A stretch of 63,658 bases of DNA, counting the filler, from Reticulomyxa filosa (taxonomy: Eukaryota > Protista > Foraminifera), in assembly GCA_000512085.1 (NCBI GenBank). It is 18 parts of 18 records of this genome, joined end to end, with 100 filler letters (N's around TTAATTAATTAA, not from the genome) between each part and the next. Parts side by side here need not be neighbours in the genome. Positions count along the whole stretch, not along the records: positions 43,465 to 60,576 come from ASPP01021249.1; positions 60,677 to 62,437 come from ASPP01001302.1; 16 more parts are not named here. The stretch is one strand, 5' to 3'. The first letter of the stretch is position 1. Each line of letters starts with the position of its first letter. A model generated the notes under the pieces. It was not told where the DNA came from and ran no database searches. It was given only the letters and a program-made list of their open reading frames with translations. Made by a program: the position numbers and the translations under genes. Shown one piece after another: positions 48,219 to 61,883 of the stretch.

Positions 48219-49207
48219 TCAAACTTTCGTAGTGATAAGGACGTCGGTGTCATATGGTAACTCAACTTGGGCAGTAAGTGAACCATAGTGTTTGATAATT
48301 ATATCTTGGATAATACTTTTAATCATATCTCTTTCTTGAGGACTTTTAACGGCAAAAGTGGACACTGACAAAATACGGTCAACGGCAATGTCAGAGGGGC
48401 CGCGTTGAACCATAGAATTTTCAAAAACAATATACTTATCGCGTTTAGCAAACAAGTCATTCCCGGCAAATAATTTCAAGATGTGAGGTCTCAAATAAGC
48501 AAATTGGAGGTTTTGTTGATCATCAAACACAGACAAAACGTGTTTTTGCAAATCTTTTAAAAAGTCATTTGCGTCAAAAGAGAGTCTATTCCAAATTAAA
48601 ACAAAGAACCCTTTGGTTTAAGTAGTTGATGAAATATTTCCAAAGAAGAGCGGTTTGCAAACCAATGAAAACATTGGGCTGCAAATATACCATCGATGGT
48701 CTCTCTTTTCAGCCATTGATTGGTTAACAAATGAGACACCTCATCTTGAAGTACGACCACATTGTCGTGTCCTCGAAATTTTTCTTGTAATATTGTTATA
48801 AAGTTTGGGGTTGGCTCAATTGCATAAATACGACTTTGTCCAAAATGATCCAATAACAAAGACGTAAATTTTCCACTACCTGCGCCAATATCGATCAATT
48901 GCCGCTTTTCCACGTTCGTCGTCGGGAACGACAAAGTTTTTAGTAGTTGCGTTGCAACTAATGGATAGCTAGGTCGTCCCTTTTTTATTTTTTATTTTTT
49001 TTGTTCCATCCTTGGAGAATTAGACGCCCAACCTCTCCGGTTTACTTGTCGTGTTCAATTTTGATTAACTTTCTCGTACTGCGTCGCCACCTTGTTAAAA
49101 CCTTCCTTGGAGGTTGGATGAACATTACTCGTCAGACAAAACGATCGACGGAGAGATAATGCACAACTCACATCCGTGCCACAGGTCAATACTGAATTTC
49201 GAAACAT
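48219..49207 (-). CDS. Class I SAM-dependent methyltransferase (type 11-like), possible mitochondrial presequence
   Basis: YEK|GRPSYP, LIDIGAGSGKFT, IYAIEP and AAQCFHWF. Intron at 48980-49069. A one-base slip near 48598, when corrected, restores LFLIWN. Confidence 0.88.
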
Positions 49208-49408
49208 CTGATTAAACTTGCTTTTTTTGGGAGGGTTTTGTTCCCTTAAACGTTGAAAAGAGATGACAATGCATTGAAGTAAACTTTTTGTCACTCTAGA
49301 GACAGTACAACAATAGCTCAAGATAATTTTTTATTTTATGTATCACTTGCTCACTGTTAAACTAAAGAAGCGTTAAACAAACACGAGATTTTTTGCAGGG
49401 AAGAGTTA

Positions 49409-51489
49409 TTACAACTTTGAAAATTGGCCAAATTTTGCTGTGTTGTACCACCTTTGCATAGTTTTTCGATCATTCCATTGAACAGACTTTGAAATTAAAT
49501 GCTGGCAACAAGTGTCAAAAGTGAAGTTCCAATTCGGCTGAGAGGGACAATTATGTTTTGTGCCTTCAATTTTTTCAGCGCATTGCCAGCAATAACATTG
49601 TTTGCATTGACATTTCAATGCAAAGCCAGCACACGAACGACGTTGTACAGTTTTAAAATCCTTCCAAAAAGCAATTTCTTGACAATCATGACAATAAATT
49701 TGATTACGAGAGCACGCATCTATTAAAGAGTTCAAGTCCCCATTCACTTTCCAACAGGCAACATTGCATTTCGGACACTTATTTCCTTGTCCAGCACAAG
49801 ATTGACACCAGATATGCTGGTTTTTGCACCAGTACATGTCGTAAATATGGCCCTGGCACAAATGGCACTTTAAGAAATTTGGAAAATGCCAACGATGAAA
49901 TTTCAAAGGCTTTGTTTCCTTTGCACACAAACACATGGCAATTTGTCGAATAAATGCTACTCTTTTTTTTTTTTTTTTTTTGTTTCCCTTTAACAAAACT
50001 TTTTGGATAATAATGTTAAGTTGCTTGAATTTGGCAGTTTTCTGAAGTGCCGGAAAATGGGCCGAGTGTACAGACAGCAAATCTCTTAAAACCGTTTCCA
50101 AACGTGCGCTTTGTGTTTTTTGAAGCACGGACGATTTTTCGTTGGGATCATTGGCGATGAGTGTGGGATCATTTTTCCATTGCTTATAAAATGTGGGATT
50201 GTCAATTTTGAGAAGAAAATCATTTTCGTCAAACTATTGTGAACAAATTCTTACAAGTGCAAAATGTTAAGTGTAAAAAGTTAAGTGTAAAACGAAACAA
50301 ACCTGTCCATACAACAATGCATATGTCAAACAACAAGACGCTCTCGCGATCATATCCAAGTGATATCCTCCTTCCAACGCAACAATAACTGGAGGTGGAG
50401 TGCTGTCGTATTGGATCCCGTGATAAAGAAAGTGTACAAATTTGCCAAACATATCTGGCGTAACATTCATTGCACCTAATGGATCACCAACGCAAGCATC
50501 AAGGCCACTCGAAACGACAATCATATCAGGAGCGAAGGATTCGATCACAGGACACACCACTGTTTCAAAGCATTTGGTGTACTCATCATTTCCCATTCCC
50601 TTCCACAAGGGAATATTAACTACATGTGCTTTGCCACCGGACTCTTGTCCCCCTCCAATTTCATTCGTGAAACCAGTGTTTGGATAAAAGGTCCCATTGT
50701 CACTACGATGAATCGATATGTATAATATTGTCTCATCAAACCAACACAAATTTTGTGTGCCATTGCCATGATGAACGTCCCTTTTTTTTGTTTGATTGGT
50801 TGGACTCCTTGTTCTTGCCGCACAGTGCAGTGCAAGGGAATACACACACACACACACACACTCACACAAAAAGCAAATGCAATAATAAACAAACCAATCC
50901 AAAATAACAAATTTTTGACATTTCGGATATTTCTTTTTGATAACATTGATCGCGACAGGGACATTATTGAACAGACAATAGCCCATTGGAGTGTCGTATT
51001 CACAGTGATGTCCTGGGGGTCTTATCACTGCAAACCCATTGTCTATTTCCCTACAGATTGCTTTTTCCATTAGCTTTACTAATGCACCGATTGCGCGTAG
51101 TGCTATCCATTTCAATGCCATTATATTTGCTTTAAATATCAATACTGTTCACGGTTCCTCAGCAAAGTGTTGCTCATACCTGCTTTTGGTGAGTCTTTGC
51201 AGCAATACGTCTCCGAGCCAAATCGAATGTATCCTTTGCTTTTCTCTGTTATGCTATCAGCGTTCACTGCTAAAATTTGGCTCACATGTGACTCTTCATG
51301 AGTTAGCAGTAAATTCTCTTTCGTTGCCAGAGGAATTTCCTCGTCAGTTATCACCTTGCATTGGTCGTACAATCCTTGATTCTTTAATTCTTTCAATATT
51401 CTTTCCACTCTGTCAGGGCATTCCACATGTCTACGATTACCCCGATGCAATGAGCAATCTGAATGCCATGCTAAGCCGACACGATTCAT
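49409..51489 (-). CDS. Class II (HDAC6/10-like) histone deacetylase with C-terminal RING and additional Cys/His fingers
   Basis: HVECPDRV, RPPGHH, GYCLFNN, DW|DVHHGNGTQ, SGLDA, GDPLG and LEGGY. The closing HDAC helix shares an ORF with C-x2-C...C-x3-H-x2-C-x2-C...C-x2-C. Confidence 0.88.
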
Positions 51490-51684
51490 TTCTTAACAAC
51501 ACCCCTTTTTTTTTTTGGATCGCACTTTCGTAACATTCACTTATGTTAAGTAACAAAAAAAGTGTGTGTTGACATAACAAAAGCGAGGAAATGTTTTTGT
51601 CCATTCAGAAAATTGAAAGTGAAAGAGTTGGGGGCCCTAATATGAAAAAATTCATTGCAACTTGATTTGAAGTGAAATATTGGC

Positions 51685-53415
51685 ATGAGTAAGAGACCGT
51701 AAGTAAGGTTTTTATTAATTTGAGGAAAGTGTTTTCTTACAGCCGCAACCTTGGTTGTTCTTTGTGTTTGGTGACGATAAAAAGATACCCAGATTCAGGG
51801 TTTGAGACGAACAGACCAACAAAGCGAGCAAATGAAATCCAAGGGAGCACATACAATGGGCCTTACGGGAACGTGAGTTACCAGTACGGAAACGCGCACA
51901 TGCCACAAAGCCAATTGGGATCACGCGTGGATGGAGGAATGTCGAATGGACAAAACCGAGACCTGTTGTACACGGATTTTAAGCAAATGCCAGCAACGGA
52001 ATTGGCACCGTCACTCGCGGATCGAGACAAAGTGGCGAGTCACTATAATTCGCGAAAGGTATTTTCAGTGTGTGTGTGTAACATATCGATGAGCATGTGA
52101 TAAATGTATGTATGTATGTATGTATGATGTGTTGAAAAGGATGTGGACGTGCAAGAGCGATCCGATAGCGAGATCCTTCAGCTGCGCAATTTGGACAATT
52201 GGGTAAAGTCAGTGTTGATTAGCCTGTTCACATGCGAAGGCAGCCTGGTGTTGGACTTTGGCGGCGGCAAAGGCGGCGATCTGAAGAAGTGGAGCGCACA
52301 AAAGATAAGCGAATTGGTGTTGGTCGACGGCGCAATCAATAGCGTCGTGGACTGCTTGGAGAGATACAATGGGATGTTGGAACAAAACATTGTCGAGTTC
52401 CCGCTCACCGTCATTTCGTGTGATATCTTTCAAAAACGCCTGTCTGATTTGCTCGAAAAAGACATCTTCTTTGACGTCGTGTCCTCGCAGTTTGTGATTC
52501 ATTACGCCTTTGGCAAGGAGGAATGTGTCCGTGCTATGCTCACCAACGTCTGTGAGCGACTACGCGAAGACGGGTATTTCATTGGCACCATCCCCGACTC
52601 CAATGTGCTCGTGCGCAAATGGAGAAATGCGCCCGAAAACAAACACGACTTTGGCAATGACAAGTATCACGTCAGTTTTCAGTGTGTTAATCCCAACATG
52701 TCCAAGCACAAGTTCTTGAATGAGATTTCCATGATCACGCCTCCACGCTCTTCTAAGTCGTCTGATTGCAACAGCAACAATAACAACAATAGTTCATGTG
52801 ATCACAAGTCGAACGGCGGACAATCATCAGTTTAGCATCAAAAAAATAAAAAATAAAATCTGTTTCAAAAATAAAATCAACTTCATCGTTGAGATAATGC
52901 CTTCTTTGATTACTTATTATGCGAATGTGTATGCTTGTCAGTACCAACCCAAATCGACGCCAAAAACTTACAACAACAGTGACGTCTCTAATCCATTTGG
53001 CATTCGCTATTACTTCCGCTTACACGAAGCTGTAGATTGTCCCGAGTACTTGGTACATTTTCCTACCTTGGTTCGCATTGCAAGTGAAGAACCATTCAAC
53101 TTGGAGCTAGAATTGGAAATGAATTTCCACGAATTTTTTGTTCGCTATCACGACAAGTTCCGTGATTTGCTCTATCGCTTGAAGGTCGTGGAACAATATG
53201 AACCCAACAGTGGAAACGATAGAATGCCTTCCTCTGCTTCTTCTAAAGATAAATACAATATTGATGCCAATCAGTGGGAAGTTGCTTATCTATACAAAGT
53301 CTTTGCCTTTCGCAAACGGAAGTCTTCTCCCAATGAAACCAAAATTTATCCAACTCGCAAAACACCACTGCCCAAAAAACTTGATAAAAAAGATATGATT
53401 GTAACCGAAGACTGA
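51685..53415 (+). CDS. RNMT: mRNA cap guanine-N7 methyltransferase
   Basis: VASHYN, LRNLDNWVKSVLI, VLDFGGGKGGDLKKW, SSQFVIHYAF, GYFIGTIP, EAVDCPEYLV and LYKVFAFRK. Introns include 52059-52139 and about 52830-52941. Confidence 0.95.
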
Positions 53416-55724
53416 CATCACAAAAAAGTTCGGCAATAGCATTAATATTATCATTTTGCTTTTTTTTTTTCACTTCTTTCGAGCTTGCCTTTTTCCCGTT
53501 TGCTATTTTTAATTTGCCAATTGTACCTTGAAATGTCTTACACCATTCCTCTTATTTCTTCTATTACAAAAACATGCTTTTCTTGACTTAATTGCGAAAT
53601 ACAACAAAATCCATTTCTTGTTCAGATTGCTTATACTTTTCTTCGTTTTCTTACCAAGCATTCAGTATTTGAAATTAGTCTTCAAAATTGTCACAGAATA
53701 TTAACCTCTTTTAATGATTTCAAGTTGTAAAATATAAAAAATGTGGAAGTACTTTGATATCCGGGTTAGTTTTTTTCTTGTCAAAAAGGATACCTTGTAT
53801 TTTTTTTATTATCAATTTATTATGAACTTTTATTCTAAAGGCTTCTATATTATGCGAATTTCAGTGCTTCAAAGGTTTGTTCAAACAAGATATTTTGTGT
53901 AAGTTACATTTTGGATGACGCTAGAGCGCCGAGTTTGAAAACTTCAACTGTGAAGAGATCTTTGTAGATGCTTTCTGATTTTCTTTTTTTTATCGACTTT
54001 TCGCACCACCTTTTTCGCTCCACATTTTTAATTTTTTTGTTCAATGTATAGGCTTTCGTGAACGAAATGTGTAATCTGGCAAACAAATAAGTGATAATTC
54101 AATTGTCTTTTTATTTGTTAAATTCTTTGGACACTTTTTTATTGATGAAAAAAGTGCAACCAGTAATATATTGAATTATACTCTTATTGTAACCTTTTGT
54201 AACGAACATAATAGTTTAAGTAAATTCATCTAATTTTTTTGAATGACAGACAATTGAAAGGAAATCTATCAATTTTGACAATTATGAACAGTCACTGCTA
54301 AAGCCAATTCCCAAATGTTTAACCTTACTAATAAAATAGAAACAAAGCACACTTGTTAAGTGGCTTTAAGGTTACGTGTCTTTGACCAGTCCCTTTTGTA
54401 AACGAAAGCACTTCTCTAGGTGATAACAATAACTATTATAGGCAAAAACTTTGTCAAGTTTCACGAATTGACTGCAGGCCATTCAGAAAAAAGTATGGAT
54501 GTTCAGAAATCAATTTGGTGTGAAATCAGGTCTTCGAAGAAGACATTAAATTATTCTTCAAATACGAACAATGGAGAGCTGTATTGCAAGATTCTAAGAG
54601 CTTCTTGTTTCAACTTGGCAGAACAAAATAACAACAAAGCCGGCATGGGGAGGCAAAAAACGGCAATGGAGATGGATACACGGGGTGCAACAAAAAATTC
54701 GCAACAACGTGAGTTAATATGTTTTGTTAATATGAACACCAATCGTGCAAACAAATAAATTGCCAAATGTGCGCACTTTCAAGGCAAGCAAAATATTACA
54801 TTTTTCTAAGAGGAAAAAAAGACAAATGTACCTCTTGTTTAATATGTGAATAATAACCGCAAAAAAATTTCTCTACTCTTCTCCCCCTTCAAGTACAACA
54901 TACTGGACAATCTCGGAAACAAATATACAAAAAAAAAAATGAGCAGCGCCATTTGCAGATAAAGCAACACGTCGATATAAATGAGAAATTGTAAAGGAAC
55001 TATCCGTCATATTGTTATATTGAAATGGAATATATGTACAGACAACTTCGAGAAAACGACCATTTTTTTTCGATTATTGACCCCCTTGTAGACAACAGGT
55101 ACATCGTTTTTTTCTGTTGAAACGAGAGAAGGACTGTGATCGTCTAAAAAGGGATGCAGGAGACAGAAACAACAAAAAAAAAGTAATTTTATCATTACCA
55201 TGCCTAATTCATCGATTTGACAAAATTTTTGTGATGGACGTGCAATGTGATACAATATAATAGTGGTATATCCAATACGATATTACGTAATAGTTCAATG
55301 CGTGCACTTTGGGATTGAGTTGCAACATTATCGAGTATTGATTGAAATCACATTATATGCAAGGATAGTCTTCTTTTGAAACGTAAATTAAAAATGGAAA
55401 CGTAAATGAAAAGCGATAAGCAAACTATAGTACAGCCCCTAATGGAGATATGAGGACCACAATGCTTGAAAAAGAGGCTATCCAAAGAAGTGAAGTGATA
55501 ACATAATCCATTTTTTTCAATTTATTTTGATTAATTTTTATTTAATAGTTTATTATTATTTTTTAATAATAAACAGGTCGTATAATTAGGATTAATGAGT
55601 CAATTATTTTATTTGTGATTTTACAAGACAAACAAAAAGGGGAAAGATGCATCAGTTTTTTATTATTGTAATTGTGTCTTTCTTGCGCCGTATCTATACT
55701 CTCGACGCGTAATCTATTAAACCC

Positions 55725-56705
55725 ATGTTGCAATGGCACTTTCACAATTGCTTTGTGATTTGCTTTATCAACAAGATTGAGCAACAGACGAAGAATAGCA
55801 AAAACAATAATAATAACAATAATAATAATAATAACAATAATAATAATAATAAGAGCAAAAACAGTAACAATAAAAACAATAATAATAACAACAAAAATAA
55901 TCACAATCGTAATAATAATAATAAAAAGAACAGTGATAATGTGAATAAAAAAAGGACAGAACACAATAGAAATGCAACAAACAAGCCGCATTCGATGACG
56001 AAAAAATTTTCTTGTGTTTCGTCAAAACCAAGTTTTTATTGCAAAAAGGCTAATGTGTTTCATAAGTCTCAAACTAATGGTAGTCATGACTATGCTAGTC
56101 AAAATCCGTCTTTTGCCAATCACAATATGTCATGTTGTTCTTCGTTTAATGCAACTGCAAATGCCACTGTTGGTGTGGCTAAACAGAAATCTGTTTCCTC
56201 CACTCGTGTGTCAAAAGCAATTCGCAAAACACCAGCAAGCAAAAATAAAACAAGAGTTTCAAAAAGGTCTTTAGTCCGTAATAATGGACACGTCACAATG
56301 GACTTTTCTTCGCAAAAAAAAATTGTCACAACAAAATGTTCGGCAGCTTCAAAAACACGCTCCCATTACAAAAAGTGCCCAAATCAGTTAAGCGCGTAGT
56401 GTGCGAAGGTCATTTGTGTGTAGCATCAGTTATGTTTTTTCTATTGATTTGATAGATCGCAGACAAAAGCAGCAAAATCCAAAAAACAACGGACACCAAC
56501 AAAACAACGCAAAGCAAGACAAAAAAATCGGATCAATCATGTTTCATGTCCTGACGTGTCTGCCACTGACTTAACCTACATTCAGAACAAAAGCAAAAAG
56601 CAATCACAGCGCTCAGAAATACCAACAAGGTGCACAAATACCTTGAACAAAATCCAGTCCAATTTGGATTTAAATACTGAGACAAACTCACCAACCTATG
56701 GATGA
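55725..56705 (+). CDS. Hypothetical Asn-rich basic low-complexity protein; start uncertain
   Basis: 224-aa ORF with a poly-Asn tract and a plausible final exon at about 56456-56705. Confidence 0.45.
55804..55925 (+). repeat. (AAT/AAC)n trinucleotide tract
   Basis: Imperfect AAY run. Confidence 0.9.
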
Positions 56706-59324
56706 ACATCTTTTTTTATCACATTTTTTATAGTTTTGCTTTTCTTTTCATAAAAAAGAAGAAAGGAAAAACTAAGTATTCAGTGAAATAGGTTACGCTG
56801 ATCAACAACAGTGTAACATTGTTAATCATTATTTAATGACAAGGGCAAGTCCAACAATAGTTCAAATAGTTGTCCTAAAGAAACGTATAGTAATACTAAC
56901 TTTCTTCCCACAAAAAATAGAAAAATCTCTAAAAAGTGTACGTATTTTTTCTTTTTTGCTAGAAGAAATCTATTCCAAAATATGCACATAACTTTGAACT
57001 TTCACAACGTTTTTTCAAACGTTTTGTACCAATCACCAACCTGTAGCAAATACTAACAACAAATGGATTTTGTTTATTGGGATATATGTTGTGATGGACT
57101 TCTTATGTTGCGTAATGTATTATTGATGGACACGTATACAATACCAAGTATTTATTTAAATCTTTGGGCGAGTTACCGAAGCGAAAATTATAAAGTGACT
57201 TTAGGTGCGAATTTGGTCTGGTGATTATTCAAAACTAAAATTCTTCATGTCTAATTCAGAATTTCAACAAAATTTGTCGGCTTTTTAGTAAATGCAAACA
57301 TACAAACAGGGCATTCAAACATAGGTTTTTAATTCTTTTTTTTGGCCAAGGAACGTCTGAAGTACATAAAATAGAATCGATTACTTTTGTTATCTATTAC
57401 AAAAAACTACCTGTGCTACATTTTTGTTGCTACTATGTACTGTTTTCTGGTGATGTACATGCGACTTTAGTAATATTAAGGCGGTGAAAATGCACACTAA
57501 TGGAAACACATGTGTCAAATAAAACAGATGACACTACAAAAAAGTCAACCAGAAAAAAAACTAGTCAACCCGATATCAAGGCAAATTTTTGATTAACATT
57601 GCAAATCGGGGAGATATATGATATAACAACAAACAATAATCTCTTGTTGCTGTTGACACGTCCACGCCAGTGTACTGGTTTTGGGGGGCATTTTTGAAAA
57701 ATTCAAGCCTCTTTTTAGCAACTGAAAGAGTACTGCTTTATGACAAGCTTGAAAGTGATTTTTTAGCATTTCATCTTTTCTATCTTGTTAAGTGAACAAC
57801 CTCAATTTTTTTAGTGATATGAATGATGAATGGTATTGTTATGACATTTGGACGATAAATGATAATATAATCTTTCAAATTTATCAACTTTTGACTTAAA
57901 AAACAAGAATAGGTCAATTGATAAATAATTCTTGAACATAGCGTGATCTAGACCGATTTTTATGCTTTATTGTTGGGTTCTTAATGCATCAATAAATTTT
58001 TTTTTGTTATTTCGGTTGATGATATTCATATTGTTATAATTATATTACAACTACTGGAATAATTATTTTCACGTTATGATATCTGATATATTTCTGCAAT
58101 TTTAACAGAAACTGTTGAACTTAAAAAAACAATTATATCATGTTTTTGATTTTTTTTAAAGAGCTTTTTAGTCTCCTTTTTTTTAAAAAGCTAAAATCAC
58201 TTAATATGAAAAAAACTTGATTTTTTTTGAATGAAATTTCCGTTTCTCCTTCTGCCTTTATTTGCACGATACTACTTTCAATTCTAATGCAACATTGGTC
58301 TGTTTGCATTGTAAAAAAAACGGTATAAATTTGATTTATTTTGTTCAAAAGAAAGAAAATAAAAACAGACAGTCATTTGTAACGACTAAAAAAGAAAGTT
58401 ATTATTTGTACTTTTCTTTCTCTAAAAAAAACAAACAGACAAACATATCAAAAAGATATCAGGTGAACAAAAAGAAGCGGTTTGTAGTTTGTTTGCAAAA
58501 AACAAACATTACATCTTCGAAAATAAAAAAACTGGGACTAAGCCCCTGGTTGTAACACGTTGTTTTAGTAGATTATTTATAATTTTCTTTCAAAACAAAT
58601 TATGAACACAATAATTGACTTGATTGGCTATTGTTGATTAAAAAAATAATTTTCTATTAATTTGAACAAAACTGGTTCAAAAAAAATAAAAAATGACACA
58701 ATTTTAATTATTAATAATTGATATAAAATTTGAATATTTTCAAAAAGAAATAACAATAAAGAAATGATATTTCTAATTTCAATAATCAATGTTTGCATAT
58801 TGCATTCGCGATCAAATGCAATGCGTCCAAGACCAACATTGTCATTTAAAGTACATAAAACATAACAACTGTGTAGCTAATGAATAAGCTAATTTTTTCG
58901 ATCAAACAACACTCACAAAGCTATAGATTATCACCGTTAATCATAAACACTCGTTTTTTGTTTTCTCTGGTCACGTAGACACGATGAAGTGTGTTTCTTC
59001 AAAGCTTATAAGACCACGTGAACAAAAAATGTTGCACCCTGTCAACACACTTAAAAAAAGAATAAAAGTTTTTTAACGCACAAAGTGTTCTAGGTTTGCT
59101 ATTTATTTGTTTATACAGTGTTCGACTTTACAACGAAGTAATCCCTTCACAAGTTGATCCGCCTTTTTTGAAATTTTTACGTTGCCATATTATCCATAAT
59201 GCAACCTACAGTTAAAATATATACATTACCTCTTGATTTTTCTTAACTGGCCAAATTACTGTAAGGGACTGATCAAACAAAAAACTCTTTCAATTTAGTT
59301 TTTTTCAATTGAAAAATTATAAAA

Positions 59325-60532
59325 ATGATTTGGAAACTTCTTTATGTGATTGGCATGATAGCTTTACTTTCATTTTGTTCGAAATTATTTCTTCTAATAA
59401 ATCAATTTTGTCGTGCAAGAGTGAACCTGAACAGGCTGGGACAATGGAGTGTGGTCACGGGCGCGACCTCCGGTATTGGAGAGGCCATGGCTTTTGAGCT
59501 GGCGAACTGTGGCCAAAATGTCTTACTTATTGGTAGGAGCACAGACAAGCTGAATTCCGTGGCAACAGTTATGACAAAGGACTCCAACTAAGTACCAAAT
59601 CACCGTCTTTATACATATGTGTATACCTATATAAGAGAGCGTGTACATATATTTTCCGTGTTATGACAAAAAAATACGTGTACGTATAGAAAATTCAAAC
59701 AAAAAATCGGAGCTTAAAAGTAGAGTGTTTGCAATTAGATTTGAGCCAAACAAGCGACAAAGACAAAGAACGTTATCGCAAATGTATCGAAGACAAAGAC
59801 ATTGGAGTCCTTGTCAACAACGCGGGCTTATCATGTTTCGTGTGTGTGTGTGTGTGCGTGTGTATTTGTGTGGCCTTTTTTTTGTTAACGTAAAGTGTAC
59901 AAGTTGTTTGAGTTTGATTATAATGGACAAGATCCCTTTGCCCAATATTTTCACGAAGTGGATGAGAGATTAGTCGAAGAGATTATCGAAGTGAATTGCA
60001 AGGCTCCAACTTGGTTGGTACGTGCAACATTGACTAAGTACTTACAAAAAAAGAAAGGTGCTGTTGTCAACATCGGCAGTGCAGGGAGCATGCTTCCTCA
60101 CGAATTGCATGAAGTATACTCCGCCACCAAGGCCTATCTGAGCAAATGGACTGTTGACATGGCTTCGTCCTACACGAAAAATATTTCAAACGATATCACT
60201 TTTCAAGTCTTTGAAAAAAATATTTTTTTTGATTTGCCACTTTTTTTTTTTTTTTTTTTTTTTCATTACCAGATTTAAAGAGAAAACAAAACAAAGCAAA
60301 ACAAAAAAGGTACAATTGCCCTTTTTCGTCGTGTCCAATATGTCGAAAATTAGTACACCAAACCTGTTGGCGCCAAGTGCAGCCGACTATGCACGTGCGG
60401 CCGTCGCACAGATTGGGTATTCTGGAGAGATCAGTCCCTATCCTGTGCACGCGCTTATTTATTTTTTTCTTTCTTTTGTTCCATCTTTCATTTTGGAAAG
60501 ACAAGTCAGTGATTTGCATCATGCACTCAGAC
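59325..60532 (+). CDS. Very-long-chain 3-ketoacyl-CoA reductase / 17beta-HSD12-like SDR; 3'-truncated
   Basis: N-terminal TM segment, WSVVTGATSGIG, DIGVLVNNAGL, NIGS, YSATK and QLPFFVVSNMSK. Three clear introns. Confidence 0.92.
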
Positions 60533-60676
60533 AGTTACATGCACTCCAAACTTTTTTTTTGCAAAAAAAAAAAAAANNNNNNNNNNNNNNNNNNNNNNNN
60601 NNNNNNNNNNNNNNNNNNNNTTAATTAATTAANNNNNNNNNNNNNNNNNNNNNNNNNNNNNNNNNNNNNNNNNNNN

Positions 60677-60876
60677 ATGATAATACAATTCGATTTTGGG
60701 ATATTCGATCAAATAAGAATGAATTGTATATGATCAAAGGTAATGAGAAAGAAGATGATGAAATATTGTGTATTAAATTTATTGAATTGAAAAAGAAAGA
60801 GAAGACTAAGAATGTTACATATGATTTGATTTTGTGTTATGGCTCATGCAAAGGTCCCGTTTGTATTTGGAGATAA
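60677..60876 (+). CDS. WD40-repeat protein, extreme C-terminus
   Basis: DNTIRFWDIRSNKNELYMIKG...YDLILCYGSCKGPVCIWR*; paralog of 657-1478. Confidence 0.88.
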
Positions 60877-61498
60877 TTGAATTTTTTGTTGATCAAGAAA
60901 TGAAAGTGTTTTTGTTTGAAAAGCTTGATTAAAAAAAAAGTAAGTTGATATTACACTTGTTTAATCTGATTGAGCATACACTAAAAGATGTGTTTTATCT
61001 TACTTTGTTGTTTAAAAAGTTGAAAAACTGTGTTCAATATTTTTTAAAGAATTCAAAAGTATGTAAATAAAAACTGCCTTTATTCAAATCAATAGTGAAT
61101 TATTGCAACAATGTAAGAATATTATTAAAAGAGGACGAATTTATGACTCTGTTGAAATGATTTCCGAAAATGTTAAATTATTTAACAGTACAATATTCAA
61201 CTTAGCCAACAGCATTTAAAGAAATGATAACTCTATATAAATATTCCAATTACTTAATGAAAAATGCATTTGAATCATGCAACAGAGTTGATAAGTCTTT
61301 ATTTAGCATTGCAGACACACTTTTTATATGAAATAATTATTCAAAATTGAGTTTGATAAGATTAGGACGGATCAATAGTTTAGATATATGTTAAGCAAAA
61401 CAATTTAATTTTGACATAATAAAATGCAAAATTCATTTAACAGCACATTCAATTTTTTTAATTTAAATAAATATGTTACTTCATTGAATGATTGGAAG
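60677..61498 (+). repeat. Second copy of the WD40 3' end plus flank duplication
   Basis: Inverted match to 1-850. Confidence 0.9.
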
Positions 61499-61883
61499 TG
61501 TTTTCCTTTTTTTTATTCCTTTATTTTCATCAACTTGCTTCTTATTGAAAAGATAAAAAAATAACATAGCTATTCAAATTGAATCGATAGAAATATTTAT
61601 AACAATATTTTAAAATAAATACCAAATGAGCTCATATTTGTAACAGATTTTCTCGTGAGAAAAAAGAAATACTAAACATCAGCCGACCAAGTGGCTTTGA
61701 AAAAAAAAAGCAAAAAAAAGGATAACAAAATATTGATAAAAAAGCGATTTAAATATTGTATTTTTGGTTGAATATGAAAAAGTGTGAATAAGATGCAGAA
61801 GAAAGAACGTAATATGATATAAAAGTACTTTATCAACGGATATTTTTGTATCGTTTGAATATGAATATTTTTGGATTTTATTC

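Noticed and set aside
3359-53415. Alternative genetic code or stop-codon readthrough
   Set aside because: Conserved genes end at TAA or TGA where expected, and internal stops are explained by introns, slips or decay.
57166-57240. GGCGAGTTACCGAAGCG resembling a tRNA 5' end
   Set aside because: No T-arm GTTCRA motif and no acceptor-stem complement.
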